Shown: one piece after another, positions 10,724 to 24,072 of the stretch
Layout of the letters: every line of letters begins with the position of its first letter
How positions within the stretch are numbered: position 1 is the first letter of the stretch
Assembly: GCA_002269645.1 (NCBI GenBank)
Contig: NIVC01000815.1
Span: 237,902-301,901 of the forward strand
Origin: Macrostomum lignano
Taxonomy: Eukaryota
DNA: 64,000 nucleotides
Direction of reading: 5' to 3'
Translations under genes and position numbers: made by a program
The notes under the pieces: generated by a model
Databases searched by the model: none
Told to the model about the DNA's origin: nothing
Seen by the model: only the letters and a program-made list of their open reading frames with translations

Positions 10724-11167
10724 ATGGAGCCGCAGATTCGCATCCAGCTGGAGCCGCCGGCTGAGGAGAGCGGCAAGGTGACGATCATTTCGCCGCCCGA
10801 CATCGCCGGAGCCGCGCCGCCGGCAGTCGCTGGCGACACCGTCCAAGTTCGCCGCCAACTGTCGCCCAATTCGTCTACGTCGTCTCGATCCCGACGCTCC
10901 CGCTCGCTGCCCTCGGTGCACGAAGAGCCATCAGCAGGTGGATCGACTGCCGCAGGCGGCTGCGGCGGCGGCGGTGGCAGCGGAGTCGGGGTCGCCGATA
11001 GCGACGCCGCCGCTTCGCCCTGTAGTCGGCGCAAGCTGTCGGACTCGGTGCGTCGCCTCGCCATCGACACGATGCCGGCGCCGGTGGACCCCAACGCTAG
11101 GCAGCGGCGTCGGTCGTTTGACGCTTCGGCTCTGCAAAATTTGAGCTCTATTCAAGAGACCGAATAA
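10724..11167 (+). CDS. Small orphan, probably disordered protein (147 aa) with an N-terminal PxIxIT-like motif and several basophilic phosphosites
   Basis: GC-rich island with GCGATGG start context and an in-frame TGA at 10703-10705 just upstream. Codons are C/G-ending, as in the Hox1 and RA-domain exons. It ends in TAA with no donor site nearby. Confidence 0.6.
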   Translation: MEPQIRIQLEPPAEESGKVTIISPPDIAGAAPPAVAGDTVQVRRQLSPNSSTSSRSRRSRSLPSVHEEPSAGGSTAAGGCGGGGGSGVGVADSDAAASPCSRRKLSDSVRRLAIDTMPAPVDPNARQRRRSFDASALQNLSSIQETE

Positions 11168-11609
11168 TGGGATTTTTATCCTCCTACAATTAGACTGCGT
11201 GCGAACTTACTACTAACTTTTTGTGTAAGAATGAGGCTCTTAGCATCTTCATATGTCTGGGCATCTTTTAGAGGGTCTCGGCATCGTTTGAAGAGTGTCA
11301 GCGACTAGAAAAGATTGAGCAAATTTTTAAAATGTCTCCAGTGTCAGTGTTTTTTTAAGGCTGTCAGCATATCTACAGGGTGCTGGGAATCTCGGTAAAA
11401 GGCTTTAGCATCTTTATTGGGTGTCAGGGTTTTGTAGAATGCACCAGACTAGCATCTCTAGAATGGTGTCAGAACATTTGGAAATGTTTTCGCGCATCTA
11501 TAAGCTTTCTGGAGGGTTGTCAGCATCTCAGCATCTCTAGGTGTTAGAACTTTTAGAAGAATATCAGCATCTCTATGATGTGTCAGGCTTCTCTAAAATT
11601 ATGCTAGCA

Positions 11610-12210
11610 TCTATAGAAGGGTGTCAGCATCAATAGAAGGGTGTCAGCATCTATAAATGTGTGTCAGCATCTATAAATGTGTGTCAGCATCTATAAATGT
11701 GTGTCAGCATCTATAAATGTGATTCAGCATCAATAGAAGGGTGTCAGCTTATCTAGAAGTGTGTCAGCATCTATAAATGTGTGTCAGCATCAATAGAAGG
11801 GTGTCAGCATCAATAGAAGGGTGTCAGCTTATCTAGAAGTGTGTCAGCTTATCTAGAAGGGTGTCAGCATCAATAGAAGGGTGTCAGCATCAATAGAAGG
11901 GTGTCAGCTTATCTAAAAGTGTGTCAGCTTATCTAGAAGGGTGTCAGCTTATCTAGAAGTGTGTCAGCATCTATAAATGTGTTTCAGCATCAATAGAAGG
12001 GTGTCAGCCTATGTAGAAGGGTGGCAGCTTATCTAGAAGTGTGTCAGCATCTATAAATGTGTTTCAGCATCAATAGAAGGGTGTCAGCCTATCTAGAAGG
12101 GTGGCAGCTTATCTAGAAGTGTGTCAACATCTATAGAAGTGTGTCAGCATCTATAGAAGGTTGTCAGCCTATCTATAAGAGTGTCAGCCTATCTAGAAGT
12201 GTGTCAGTAA
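11610..12210. repeat. Minisatellite, 20-bp unit (GTGTCAGCATCTATAGAAGG and variants)
   Basis: Direct inspection; degenerate copies extend left to about 11330. Confidence 0.95.
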
Positions 12211-12825
12211 TCTCAGTTCTCCAAGGGAAAACTCAGACATCACTGGTTCTTCAGTGATGGCCTCTGAGTTTTAAAATAAAATTCTTATCTAGCCAGATGT
12301 CAGTCGGAAAAAGCCATTTGATTATATTTATCAACCATAGCTTCACGGACAGCTATACTACACTTGAATCTGTCTATGGCGATACCTCATTCAGCGCTGT
12401 GCAAAAAGGCAAATCTTTTTGCTTAGTTTTAAATCCCTCTCTGGGCCACGCGCCTCTATCCAGCAATGTAAAGCAGATTCCAAGCATTATTGAGTCAATC
12501 CTGTTCTATCATTTATCTGCCGGGACATTTATTTGCATTAATAAACCAGATGAAACTCGCTCATCCATGGTAGATACGAGCACCCGTGACAACGTTTGTC
12601 ACTTTGCTTGTGCTGCTTGTCAAATCTGTCACTGCACGACAGCTCGCGATTCATTTTTAGCAAGTTCTCTGCCGCCGGTATTTTATCTTCCCCCTGATCC
12701 CCTGACTAGACTGCCCTCCCAGGTTTTTGTTCACTTTTGTGACGTGCTGCACCCGAGGCCCTTTCTGTGCATCTGCCGACCGGCTTCTCCGCCTCTGAGT
12801 TTATTCACTCTCCTGCACTTCTCTG

Positions 12826-13150
12826 CTTCCTCTCGCTCCCTCTCCCTCTCCTTCTCCCTCTCCCTCTCTCTCTCTCTCTCTCCTTCCTCTCCTTCTCCCT
12901 CTCCTTCCTCTCGCTCTCGCTCTCCCTCTCCCTCTCCTTCCTCTCCCTCTCCCTCTCCCTCTCCCTCTCCCTCTCGCTCTCCCTCTCCCTCTCCCTCTTC
13001 TTCCTCTCTCTCTCCCTCTCCCTCTCCCTCTCCCTCTCCCTCTCCCTCTCCCTCTCCTCTCCTTCCTCTCCCTCTCTCTCTTCTTCTTCCTCTCCCTCCC
13101 ATTCTCCGTCCTCTCTCTCCCCAACTCCCACTCCTTCTCCCTCCCACTCT
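12826..13150. repeat. Polypyrimidine microsatellite, (TCTCCC)n/(TC)n
   Basis: Direct inspection. Confidence 0.95.
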
Positions 13151-13539
13151 CCTTCCTATTCCTTATCTTCTTCCCTCTTCTGCTACTCTTCCCTCTTCAT
13201 CCCTCTCCATCACAATCTCTCTACCTGCCTAACAACACGGATTTCCATCCCACCTGCCTTTTCATCCCCCTTCTCTAAAATCTAGCCAGCATAAAATTCC
13301 CTGAATTTTCGAAATCCTCAATCATTATTACTCCTCCATCAGAATCCGTGTTTGACTGACTGTTCGACAACAAACACTTGACTAGACATTCAAGAACTAA
13401 TCCTCCAATACAGGCTGGAACTACTTGAACATTTCTTTTGATTGAACCGACTCAATCTGGGAAATCATTGGAATTTGAAAACAAATATTTTCTTCAAATC
13501 ACATCTTACACCGTCTGATTTTGAATGTCACTTTTAATT

Positions 13540-13925
13540 TCATCTCTAGTCTCACTGCTAATCTCACCGTTAATCTCATGCTTAGTCTCACCACTAATCT
13601 CATGCTTAATCACACCGTTAATCTCATGCTTAATCACACCATTAATCTCATGCTTAATCTCACCGCTAATCTCATGCTTAATCACACCATTAATCTCATG
13701 CTTAATCTCACCGCTAATCTCATGCTTAATCTCACCGTTAATCTCATGCTTAATCTCACCGTTCTTCTCATGCTTAATCACACCGTTAACCTAATGCTTA
13801 ATCTCACCGTAATCTCATACTTAATCTCACCGCTAATCTCATGCTTAATCTCACCGTTAATCTCATGTTTAGTCTCACCGTTAATCTCATGCTTAATCTC
13901 ACCGTTAATCCCATGCTTAATCTCA
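13540..13925. repeat. Tandem repeat, 12-bp subunits in a 24-bp dimer (AATCTCATGCTT-AATCTCACCGTT)
   Basis: Direct inspection. Confidence 0.93.
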
Positions 13926-14659
13926 CTATTGATCTCGTTTCTAGATATTATAAGTTCGAAGAAAATCGGTCAAGCCTTTTGGGAGATAATCGATTTTGTA
14001 CAAACAAACAAACCATTTTTAGCATATAAGATGTCATACCGTTGCCCCTAATCACTAACTTCACCTTCATTTATTTCTCTCAGTTTCTCCTTACTCCCCG
14101 GTCTAACACTAAAGCAGTAACCATAGAGACAAATGGAGTCGAGAGCTGGCCTGATCAATACATGCACTAGACTATATCATGTGTGTTAAAAGCAATGCCT
14201 TTGGCCTGCCAACCAGAACCGGTGCTTGGCTATTCCGGTGGATGCTACTCTGCAATGAATATGAGGCCACTTTATAATAGTGCATTCGCCCCATAGCCGC
14301 GGATACAGCGGGTTAGGGAATTGTGGTTAGCGTTTTTTTTCTTCAAATTTTCACTATTTGCAGAAAGAGCTGCACATCTAGCCAGTGCATTACCTGAGCC
14401 GACTGAAGCCTCTGTAGCGTATCTCGATTCGTCACGTGACTAAAAGCTACGTTTCCTTATGGACTGGCTGAAGTAAAAGTTTGATATTCCAATAGACTGT
14501 GAATAAAAATTATTAGCGATGCTTGTGTTGAAGGGTATTTTAATAAGTGACGTAAAACTGCTTTAAGGTTCCGGTTGTTGCGTTTCTAGAATTCTAGGGT
14601 TCTATGGTTCTTGTTCTTATGATTATTGTGGCTCTGAGGCTTTTAAAGTCATGTTTTTT

Positions 14660-15160
14660 AGGGTTCTGGGGTTCTAGAGTCTGGGGTTCTGTGGTTCCGC
14701 GGTTCTGTGGTTCTGGGGTTCTGTGGTTCCGCGGTTCTGTGATTCTGGGGTTCTGTGGTTCTGGGGTTCTGGGGTTCTGTGGTTCCGCGGTTCTGTGGTT
14801 CTGGGGTTCTGTGGTTCCGCGGTTCTGTGGTTCTGGGGTTCTGGGGTTCTGGGGTTCTGTGGTTCCGCGGTTCTGTGGTTCTGTGGTTCTGGGGTTCTGG
14901 GGTTCTGTGGTTCTGGGGTTCTGTGATTCATGTGCTCTAGGGTTCTGGGGTTCTGGGGTTCTGGGGTTCTGGGGTTCTGTGATTCATGTGCTCTAGGGTT
15001 CTGGGGTTCTGGGGTTCTGGGGTTCTGGGGTTCTGTGGTTCTGGGGTTCTGGGGTTCTGGGGTTCTGTGATTCATGTGCTCTAGGGTTCTGGGGTTCTGG
15101 GGTTCTGGGGTTCTGGCTTTCTGGGGTTCTGGGGTTCTGGGTTTCTGGGTTTTTGGGTTT
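14660..15160. repeat. 8-bp tandem repeat (GGTTCTGG/GGTTCTGT)
   Basis: Direct inspection. Confidence 0.95.
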
Positions 15161-15931
15161 TTGGGGTGTTCTATGATTTTCTAGCTCAAGGATTCATAAA
15201 GTTTAAACGCTGAAAACCCTGGAGTATATTCCACCCTGCTGAAAGCAATTACAAGCAGTTCCTCCATCGGAGTAGCAGTTGCCCACTCAGCAGGAGAGGG
15301 GCTGAAGTCCATGGGGATTATATCCAGAGCGAGGCGTTACTTACCATTGTCAGGCACTGGTTACTGATGCAGACGATGGGAAACACGTGGAAATATCATT
15401 TAGGAAGCAGATTAGCGTGAAAAAAAGATAGAGAGAGGAACAGAGAAGCAGGGCGCAAAAAAGATGAAGAGAAAGAGAGACTGGGAAGGAAAAAGTAGCC
15501 GCTCAGGTTTCGCTACTATCAGCTCAAGTGACCCGCCTCTCTTGCCCTGCAGCTCCTGGTGAGTGGGGCAAATTTTTTGTTTCATATTTTCTGTCCCTTA
15601 AACAGAAGGCTGATTTTTGAAGATGATTGCTTTCGCAGTTCTCCCAGTGTTCTCCCAGCTCTTCTCCGCGGGCAATGAATGACACAGCGAACTAATATTC
15701 AGGACTTGACTTAGCATTCTAAAGAAAACATTTTATGGATAAATTTATAGGCAAGTCGTCTTTTACTACTCATGCCAGTTGAACAGCAGTACGAATTGAA
15801 TATGCTTAGGTTACTCGTTACACTATTCTGTATTCATTTCATCGTTGCGGCAATCCTAAAATTTGTTTTGCAATTAGGAAGCTTTTCAAAATGAAAGACA
15901 AATATTATATTTTTTGACATATACGTATATA

Positions 15932-16345
15932 GGGCGTCTTTAGGAAGCGGCGCCTTTAGGAAGCGGCGTCTTTAGGAAGCGGCGCCTTTAGGAAGCGGCG
16001 CCTTTAGGAAGCGGCGCCTTTAGGAAGCGGCGCCTTTAGGAAGCGGCGCCTTTAGGAAGCGGCGCCTTTAAGAACGCCTTTAGGAAGCGGCGCGTTTAGA
16101 AAGCGGCGCCTTTGGATAGCTATCAATCTACCATTCTTTAAGAAACGGCGCCTTCAGAAAGTGGCGCCTTTGAAAAGTGGGGTCTTTGGAAATTGGCGCC
16201 TTCGAAAAGTGACGCTTTCAAGTGGTGCCTTTGGAAAGTGGCGCCTTTGAAAAGTGGCGTCTTTGGAAATTGTCGCCTTCGAAAAGTGGCGCTTTCAAGT
16301 GGCGCCTTTGGAAAGTGGCGCCTTCGAAAACCGGCGCCTTTAGGA
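15932..16345. repeat. 16-bp tandem repeat (TAGGAAGCGGCGCCTT) followed by a diverged 16-bp block (TTCGAAAAGTGGCGCC)
   Basis: Two related blocks at about 15932-16110 and 16140-16345. Confidence 0.92.
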
Positions 16346-17087
16346 AGCCTGATTTCAGATGAGGACGCCACTCTAATCAGTGCAATTAAAGACTTTGTAA
16401 TCCGATACAGAGCCAGTTTAAGCAGCAAACCCGGAGGCTCAATGACCGAGATCGATAGAGCTTCTATACGAAGGGTTAAATTTTTTGGTCAACACTTTGT
16501 CGTTAAACTCTCTCTCTTTTTGAGTCCACTGCTTAACCTGCAATTTTACAATGGGTAATTATACACCCCACAAACATTGGCGTCGGAAATTGCTCAATCT
16601 GACATTGCTAGCTATTTAGTTGAGAAACCGGATGGGCAGGCCTTGCTTGCGTCAGTGTCTCTGTGTGCCAATAGTCAAACAGCCCCATAGCCTTGTCCTA
16701 CTGCCGACTGATGCAATCTATTGACTGACGCAATGAGAGCCTGTTTCAAACACGGCGCCGTTTTGCTTGCGTCTGGGTTTCGCATATTCGGTCGCCCTTC
16801 TCCGGTGATCGATTGGTCGATGGTGGATGGCGGAGCTCAGCGTCCCTGCAATTACGAGCTACCTGCCTGCGAGCTCAGTTGGCGCTGATGAGGGCGCTGG
16901 GAGGCTGTGCCTGTCAAGCAAGTTGCCCAACAGAAGCTCAGGGGAGCAACCGAGTCAGGGTTTGAGGATTCCGCAATCATGATGTCCGGGTCAGCCGCGA
17001 CTCTGATCCGATGGACTGATTTCAGCCAGCCTGTGAGCATCCCAGCGCATGCTGCAGTAATAAGATTGATTGCTGGCCTGCGTCCAG

Positions 17088-17540
<453 letters not shown>

Positions 17541-17676
17541 CCAAATGCGGTACATTTTGCACTTAGGTTATCAGTAAGCAAGCTTCTAATTGAGACTTTA
17601 TCAAGATCTGTCTCCCCTGTTGCAGATAACGGCAGCTAAGCGCAGTGTCTCCCTGCAGCAATCAGGCCAGCTCAAA

Positions 17677-18477
17677 TGATTGATTACCGAGCGCATTCGG
17701 CGGCAGGCGCGCTGAAATCATTGCGGACCGTCTTGTTGCCAGGCCGGTGTGGGGGGGGGACGTCTCCCGCTTTTAGCGAGCAGAGCGGAGGCGATGTCGT
17801 ATCAGAAAATGGACATTCTTTCTGCATCGCAGCGAGTCCTGAAATTTCGCGAGCAGACAATATTTGCGTCGGGGCCGGTCTTAGCTCTGGGGCTGCCTTC
17901 TTAAAAAGCTTCGGCTCTAAACGATTGATTACTAACAGGCAATGTCTGCTGTTTTTAGTTTCAAAGTGAATGAGGCTGGCGCTGGCGGTGGCGGCGCCTT
18001 GGAATTTCTGTGTGAAGTTCTCCGACTGTCACGCTGTACGGGGAGGAGACGCGCGGACCGCTTCTTAACAATGCGAATCGGGGACAAGGAGGCGCGGACC
18101 GCTACCAAATTGATGGATTGATTTGGTTTTTACCTGCGCCTGCGCTGCCAAAGTGTGTGTGCGCGTGTGTGTGTGGTGTGTGCGCCCGAACTCCTCCTTT
18201 GCCTTCGGATTGAACTGCAAAGGCCTTTTTTTATCGGAGCCTCAGATCAATTGGGGCTGGGTTCTTATTCTTATTAGAAAGCAGAAATTGCTAGAAGCCG
18301 ACGCAGAAGCAGACTGGCCCCAAAGTGGAAGTTTCGATTCTTTCTTTAACTCTCTCTCTCTCTCTCTCTCACTCTCACTCTCGCTCGGCGCTCCCTGAGA
18401 CTGCCTGCCTGCCTGCCTGCCTGCCTTCCTGCCCGCCTGCATGGCCTTCCCATCCCGCTCTGGCCAGTGATGGATGA
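17677..18477 (+). promoter_or_regulatory. Candidate Hox1/PBX/MEIS autoregulatory enhancer
   Basis: TGATTGATTA (17677), TGATGGATTG (18111), TGATGGATGA (18468) and CTGTCA (18026); near-matches at 17063 and 17922. Confidence 0.45.
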
Positions 18478-18685
18478 GCTCGCCGGGTGACTGATTGCCG
18501 CGCCGCTACGAACGTGTCACCAAGGCGCGGGGCTGGGGCCGAGCGGCAGCATGGAGGCCTAGGCAGCACTATCTGGATTGGAAAGCAACTTTTTCTTGCT
18601 GTAATAAATAAAAGCTTTCTGTTGCTTTTTTCAATTGATTTTTTGTGAAACCAATTGCGAATTTCATTCGTACTCCGGCTCCACG

Positions 18686-21600
18686 GATGGGGGGCACTGG
18701 CTCCTGGCATTGAGGGATGGGGGCACTGGCCCCTGGCATTGGGGATGGGGGCACTGGCCCCTAGTGGCATTGGGGATGGGGGCACTGGCCCCTAGTGGCA
18801 TTGGGGGATGGGGGGGCACTGGCCCCTAGCATTGAGGGATGGGGGCACTGGCCCCTGACATTGAGGGATGGGGGGCACTGGCCCCTAGCATTGAGGGATG
18901 GGGGGCACTGGCCCCTGACATTGTGGGATGGGGGGCACTGGCCCCTAGCATTGGGGGAAGGGGGGCACTGGCCCCTGACATTGAGGGATAGGGGGCACTG
19001 GCCCCTGACATTGAGGGATGGGGGGCACTGGCCCCTGACATTGGGGGATGGGGGGCACTGGCCCCTAGCATTGGGGGATGGGGGGCACTGGCCCCTGACA
19101 TTGAGGGATGGGGGGCACTGGCCCCTAGCATTGAGGGATGGGGGGCACTGGCCCCTGGTGGCATTGAGGGATAAGGGGCACTGGCCCCTGACATTGAGGG
19201 ATGGGGGGCACTGGCCCCTGACATTGGGGGATGGGGGGCACTGGCCCCTGACATTGAGGGATGGGGGGCACTGGCCCCTAGCATTGAGGGATGGGGGGCA
19301 CTGGCCCCTGGTGGCATTGAGGGATAAGGGGCACTGGCCCCTGACATTGAGGGATGGGGGGCACTGGCCCCTGACATTGGGGGATGGGGGGCACTGGCCC
19401 CTGACATTGAGGGATGGGGGCACTGGCCTCTGACATTGGGGGATGGGGGGCACTGGCCCCTGACATTGGGGGATGGGAGGCACTGGCCCCTGACATTGGG
19501 GGATGGGGGGCACTGGCCCCTGACATTGAGGAATGGGGGCACTGGCCCCTGACATTGGGGGATGGGAGGCACTGGCCCCTGACATTGGGGGATGGGGGCA
19601 CTGGCCCCTGACATTGGGGGATGGGGGGCACTGGCCCCTGACATTGAGGGATGGGGGGCACTGGCCCCTAGCATTGAGGGATGGGGGGCACTGGCCCCTG
19701 GTGGCATTGAGGGATAAGGGGCACTGGCCCCTGACATTGAGGGATGGGGGGCACTGGCCCCTGACATTGGGGGATGGGGGGCACTGGCCCCTGACATTGA
19801 GGGATGGGGGCACTGGCCCTAGCATTGAGGGATGGGGGCACTGGCCCCTGGTGGCATTGAGGGATAAGGGGCACTGGCCCCTGACATTGAGGGATGGGGG
19901 GCACTGGCCCCTGACATTGGGGGATGGGGGGCACTGGCCCCTGACATTGAGGGATGGGGGCACTGGCCCCTGACATTGGGGGATGGGAGGCACTGGCCCC
20001 TGACAGTGGGGGATGGGAGGCACTGGCCCCTGACATTGGGGGATGGGGGGCACTGGCCCCTGACATTGAGGGATGGGGGGCACTGGCCCCTGACATTGGG
20101 GGATGGGGGGCACTGGCCCCTAGCATTGGGGGAAGGGGGGCACTGGCCCCTGACATTGAGGGATGGGGGCACTGGCCTCTGACATTGGGGGATGGGGGGC
20201 ACTGGCCCCTGACATTGGGGGATGGGAGGCACTGGCCCCTGACATTGGGGATGGGGGCACTGGCCCCTGACATTGAGGGATGGGGGCACTGGCCCCTGAC
20301 ATTGGGGGATGGGAGGCACTGGCCCCTGACAGTGGGGGATGGGAGGCACTGGCCCCTGACATTGGGGGATGGGGGGCACTGGCCCCTGACATTGAGGGAT
20401 GGGGGCACTGGCCTCTGACATTGGGGGATGGGGGGCACTGGCCCCTGACATTGGGGGATGGGAGGCACTGGCCCCTGACATTGGGGGATGGGGGGCACTG
20501 GCCCCTGACATTGGGGATGGGGGGCACTGGCCCCTGACATTGGGGGATGGGGGGCACTGGCCCCTGACATTGAGGGATGGGGGCACTGGCCCCTGACATT
20601 GGGGGATGGGGGCACTGGCCCCTGACATTGGGGATGGGGGGCACTGGCCCCTGACATTGGGGGATGGGGGCACTGGCCCCTGACATTGGGGATGGGGGGC
20701 ACTGGCCCCTGACATTGGGGGATGGGGTGCACTGGCCCCTGACATTGGGGGATGGGGGCACTGGCCCCTGACATTGGGGATGGGGGCACTGGCCCCTGAC
20801 ATTGGGGGATGGGGGCACTGGCCCCTGACATTGGGGGATGGGGGCACTGGCCCCTGACATTGAGGGATGGGGGGCACTGGCCCCTGACATTGGGGGATGG
20901 GGGGCACTGGCCCCTAGCATTGGGGGAAGGGGGGCACTGGCCCCTGACATTGAGGGATGGGGGCACTGGCCTCTGACATTGGGGGATGGGGGGCACTGGC
21001 CCCTGACATTGGGGGATGGGAGGCACTGGCCCCTGACATTGGGGGATGGGGGGCACTGGCCCCTGACATTGAGGGATGGGGGCACTGGCCCCTGACATTG
21101 GGGGATGGGAGGCACTGGCCCCTGACAGTGGGGGATGGGAGGCACTGGCCCCTGACATTGGGGGATGGGGGGCACTGGCCCCTGACATTGAGGGATGGGG
21201 GCACTGGCCTCTGACATTGGGGGATGGGGGGCACTGGCCCCTGACATTGGGGGATGGGAGGCACTGGCCCCTGACATTGGGGGATGGGGGGCACTGGCCC
21301 CTGACATTGGGGGATGGGGGGCACTGGCCCCTGACATTGGGGGATGGGGTGCACTGGCCCCTGACATTGAGGGATGGGGGGCACTGGCCCCTGACATTGG
21401 GGGATGGGGGGCACTGGCCCCTGACATTGGGGGATGGGGGGCACTGGCCCCTGACATTGGGGGATGGGGGGCACTGGCCCCTGACATTGGGGGATGGGGG
21501 GCACTGGCCCCTGACATTGGGGGATGGGGTGCACTGGCCCCTGACATTGGGGGATGGGGGGCACTGGCCCCTGACATTGGGGGATGGGGGCACTGGCCCC

Positions 21601-21690
21601 TGACATTGGGGGATGGGGGCACTGGCCCCTGACATTGGGGGATGGGGGCACTGGCCCCTGACATTGGGGGATGGGGGGCACTGGCTCCTG
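18686..21690. repeat. G-rich minisatellite, ~30-31-bp unit (GGGGGATGGGGGGCACTGGCCCCTGACATT)
   Basis: About 3 kb, roughly 100 units, with variable G-run lengths. Confidence 0.97.
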
Positions 21691-23407
21691 GCATTTGAGA
21701 TCATTCGCATTGCTAAACAGCAACAGGGGAACTAAGGGGTCAACTGCCCCCAACCTCAAATGAAAATCGGGGGGGGGGGGTCATGATCCCCCCATTTATA
21801 AAGAAACGAAAAAGATTAACCATTAGCCAAGCGGGACTGGGTTTTCCCTATAAATTAAGCTCCATGTGTTAAGATCGGTGGAGAGTTTAGGAAATTGGGA
21901 TTTGGGTTGGCCGAGGAAAAAGAGAGAGAGAGACAGGATGGTAAGGAAAAGATTTTTTCTAAGTCGCCCAGCCACTGCCCGCGCTGAACCAGTTACAAAA
22001 TTTTCGAATCCCCAGCTTCCATCTAAATAGAGGAGAGAATGGGATATTCTTCCCAGGAGCCAGCTAATCCGCGCTAATCTGTGCACCTTTTGCCGCCGCC
22101 GCTGGTGGCTCTTTTGGGATATCTTTTAGAGGCAGGGCTTGCCGAACACGCAGGGCTGAGGCTTGGGGAGGGGTTAGAAACTGCCAAGCCGAAGCCTCAT
22201 CAGTCATTCTCCCGACAACAAGGGAATGAGGGGGGAGTTTAACCGTCAGCATCTTCTGGTGGAAGCTTCTCAAAAAACCTTTGCCAGTTTAAGCTTCTTC
22301 AAGAGTCGCCTCTCTCTCTCCTTGGTCTGCCCGGATCAAGCCGGGGACCGCTGAGCTGGAGCAAAGTTGGACAGGAATCAATTCCAATTTTGTTAAGAAA
22401 ACAACTATTGTGAGGGGTGTCTGGAAAGTTCTGACGCTTCTGATCCCAGAGCTAAAGGGGCGAATTTCAATTCTTTCGAATAAATTGTTTTACCCAGTCC
22501 AATTGTGCTCTCGGATCCCCCAGACCTACCGAAAATGCGCGCCTGTTTCCAGTCCAGACTCGCCTCTACAGAAGTCCAGGGAGTTGAAAGAGCCAGCCCC
22601 AAAACCTGCCCTCCTTCCCCGCGCGCCAAAATATTCCTCCGAAAAATTTAATCAATTCCAACTTTGGAAGTTCTTCGAACGTCAGAAGCCGCCGCGCGCC
22701 AAACTAATTAAAAGCGAAAAAGCGAAGTGAGCTGAGCTGAGCTGAGCTGAGCTGACAAACAAACAGACCTCCCCGAAACCGTCACACCGACAAAAAATTA
22801 AAGCCGCGTCTACGCTCGAAACAGGGCTGAACCTGTCAGCTGAGCTCGCGCTATTCGGCACCGGGGGGGGGGGCTCCACAACCGAGAATAAAATCTAAAG
22901 ATCAATTGACGAGGGCAGCGCTGACGGATGCGGGAACTTCGAATTCGCTGGATTTAACCGAGACCCCTTCTGGCTGCGAGAGTCTGGGAATCAATTTAGC
23001 GAGTGTTTGCCTCATCGCTACAGGATTCCAGATTCCCATGGGGGGGGGTTTCAGTCCTCGGAGTGTCAGCTTGGTTCAACCGAGATTTGCATGGCGATCT
23101 CTGTAAACATTTGCAGGATGTGGCGCGAGAATTATTGAACTGAAGACTTGACTTTTAGAAAACGACACAAATTGTCTTAGAAAAAAAAGCGACGCTTTTA
23201 CAACTATGGGTGTCGTTTCTATAATCTTTCTTTCAAATTCATTCAAAGAACTTTCTTTCAAATTATTGTCTCCAGATCGTAGCTTTGTTAGTTTACTCTG
23301 TATTAAAAGGCAACAAAGCAATGCAATTACTATTTTCAGGCTAAACTTTCAAACTGCCAAACAGATAAACTGCTTGTGCTTATAAAGTTATAATGTTGTT
23401 TGCATGG

Positions 23408-23413
23408 TTTATT
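23408..23413 (-). terminator. Candidate polyadenylation signal (AATAAA) for Hox1
   Basis: TTTATT on + at 23408-23413, about 660 nt downstream of the Hox1 stop; the first such hexamer I noticed by eye. Confidence 0.35.
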
Positions 23414-24072
23414 AGGCGGCATGATATTTATAGGCATGAAGCGATAAGGAAACGCAGACAAGCAGACATATAGAGAGTAATAAAATGAGAACCAACTCGC
23501 AACTTTCTCATTAATCATGGTGTCTATGCAATGAGAAGGTTATCAAATAGATTAGCAGTTCGATTAATACGTGGCATGTGTGTTTTTTGACTGGTCAGCT
23601 GCTTTAATATCTGTATTGAAGAGAGGTTCACAACAGCAAAAATTGTTTCTTGGTGAGACGCGATGGCGTGGAGATTGAAGAAAATATAACGGTCTGTGTT
23701 ATGCAAGAAGAATTAAGAGTGTTATTAAGATACGAGAGTCACACATATGCACATAAAACAAATTGTGTAGCAAATTAAATTCTACCAATGAAAAACACAT
23801 TTTCAACGCAGATTCATTTTATATGCCATCAAGGTTTTCGCCGATAATAATAAAACAATAGCATATCTGGTAGTAATTCGAATTGAATGACAATTCACAC
23901 AGTCATAGATCGCTTAATACACACTTGATATCCAGCATAGGAAACAGTTCCTAGGTGTAATCTGCCGATAATAATGTCAATATTGCAGGTTCCTTGGCAA
24001 AATGTGTCACAAATAAGCAATATGAATTTATGAACTGGACAAATTTTTACATTCACTGAACGTCAGTCAGCC

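Noticed and set aside
10654-11094. 146-aa minus-strand ORF overlapping the 147-aa ORF
   Set aside because: Probably an antisense shadow of GC-rich coding sequence. The plus-strand ORF has the better start context, an upstream in-frame stop and coherent motifs.
12238-12259. 8-bp hairpin CATCACTG-GTTCTT-CAGTGATG
   Set aside because: A stem this short is expected by chance in 64 kb.
18686-21690. CRISPR-like reading of hairpin-containing ~30-49-bp repeats (also 27134-29375, 30035-30870, 48762-53940)
   Set aside because: Units are head-to-tail with no unique spacers, there are no cas genes, and the context is eukaryotic.
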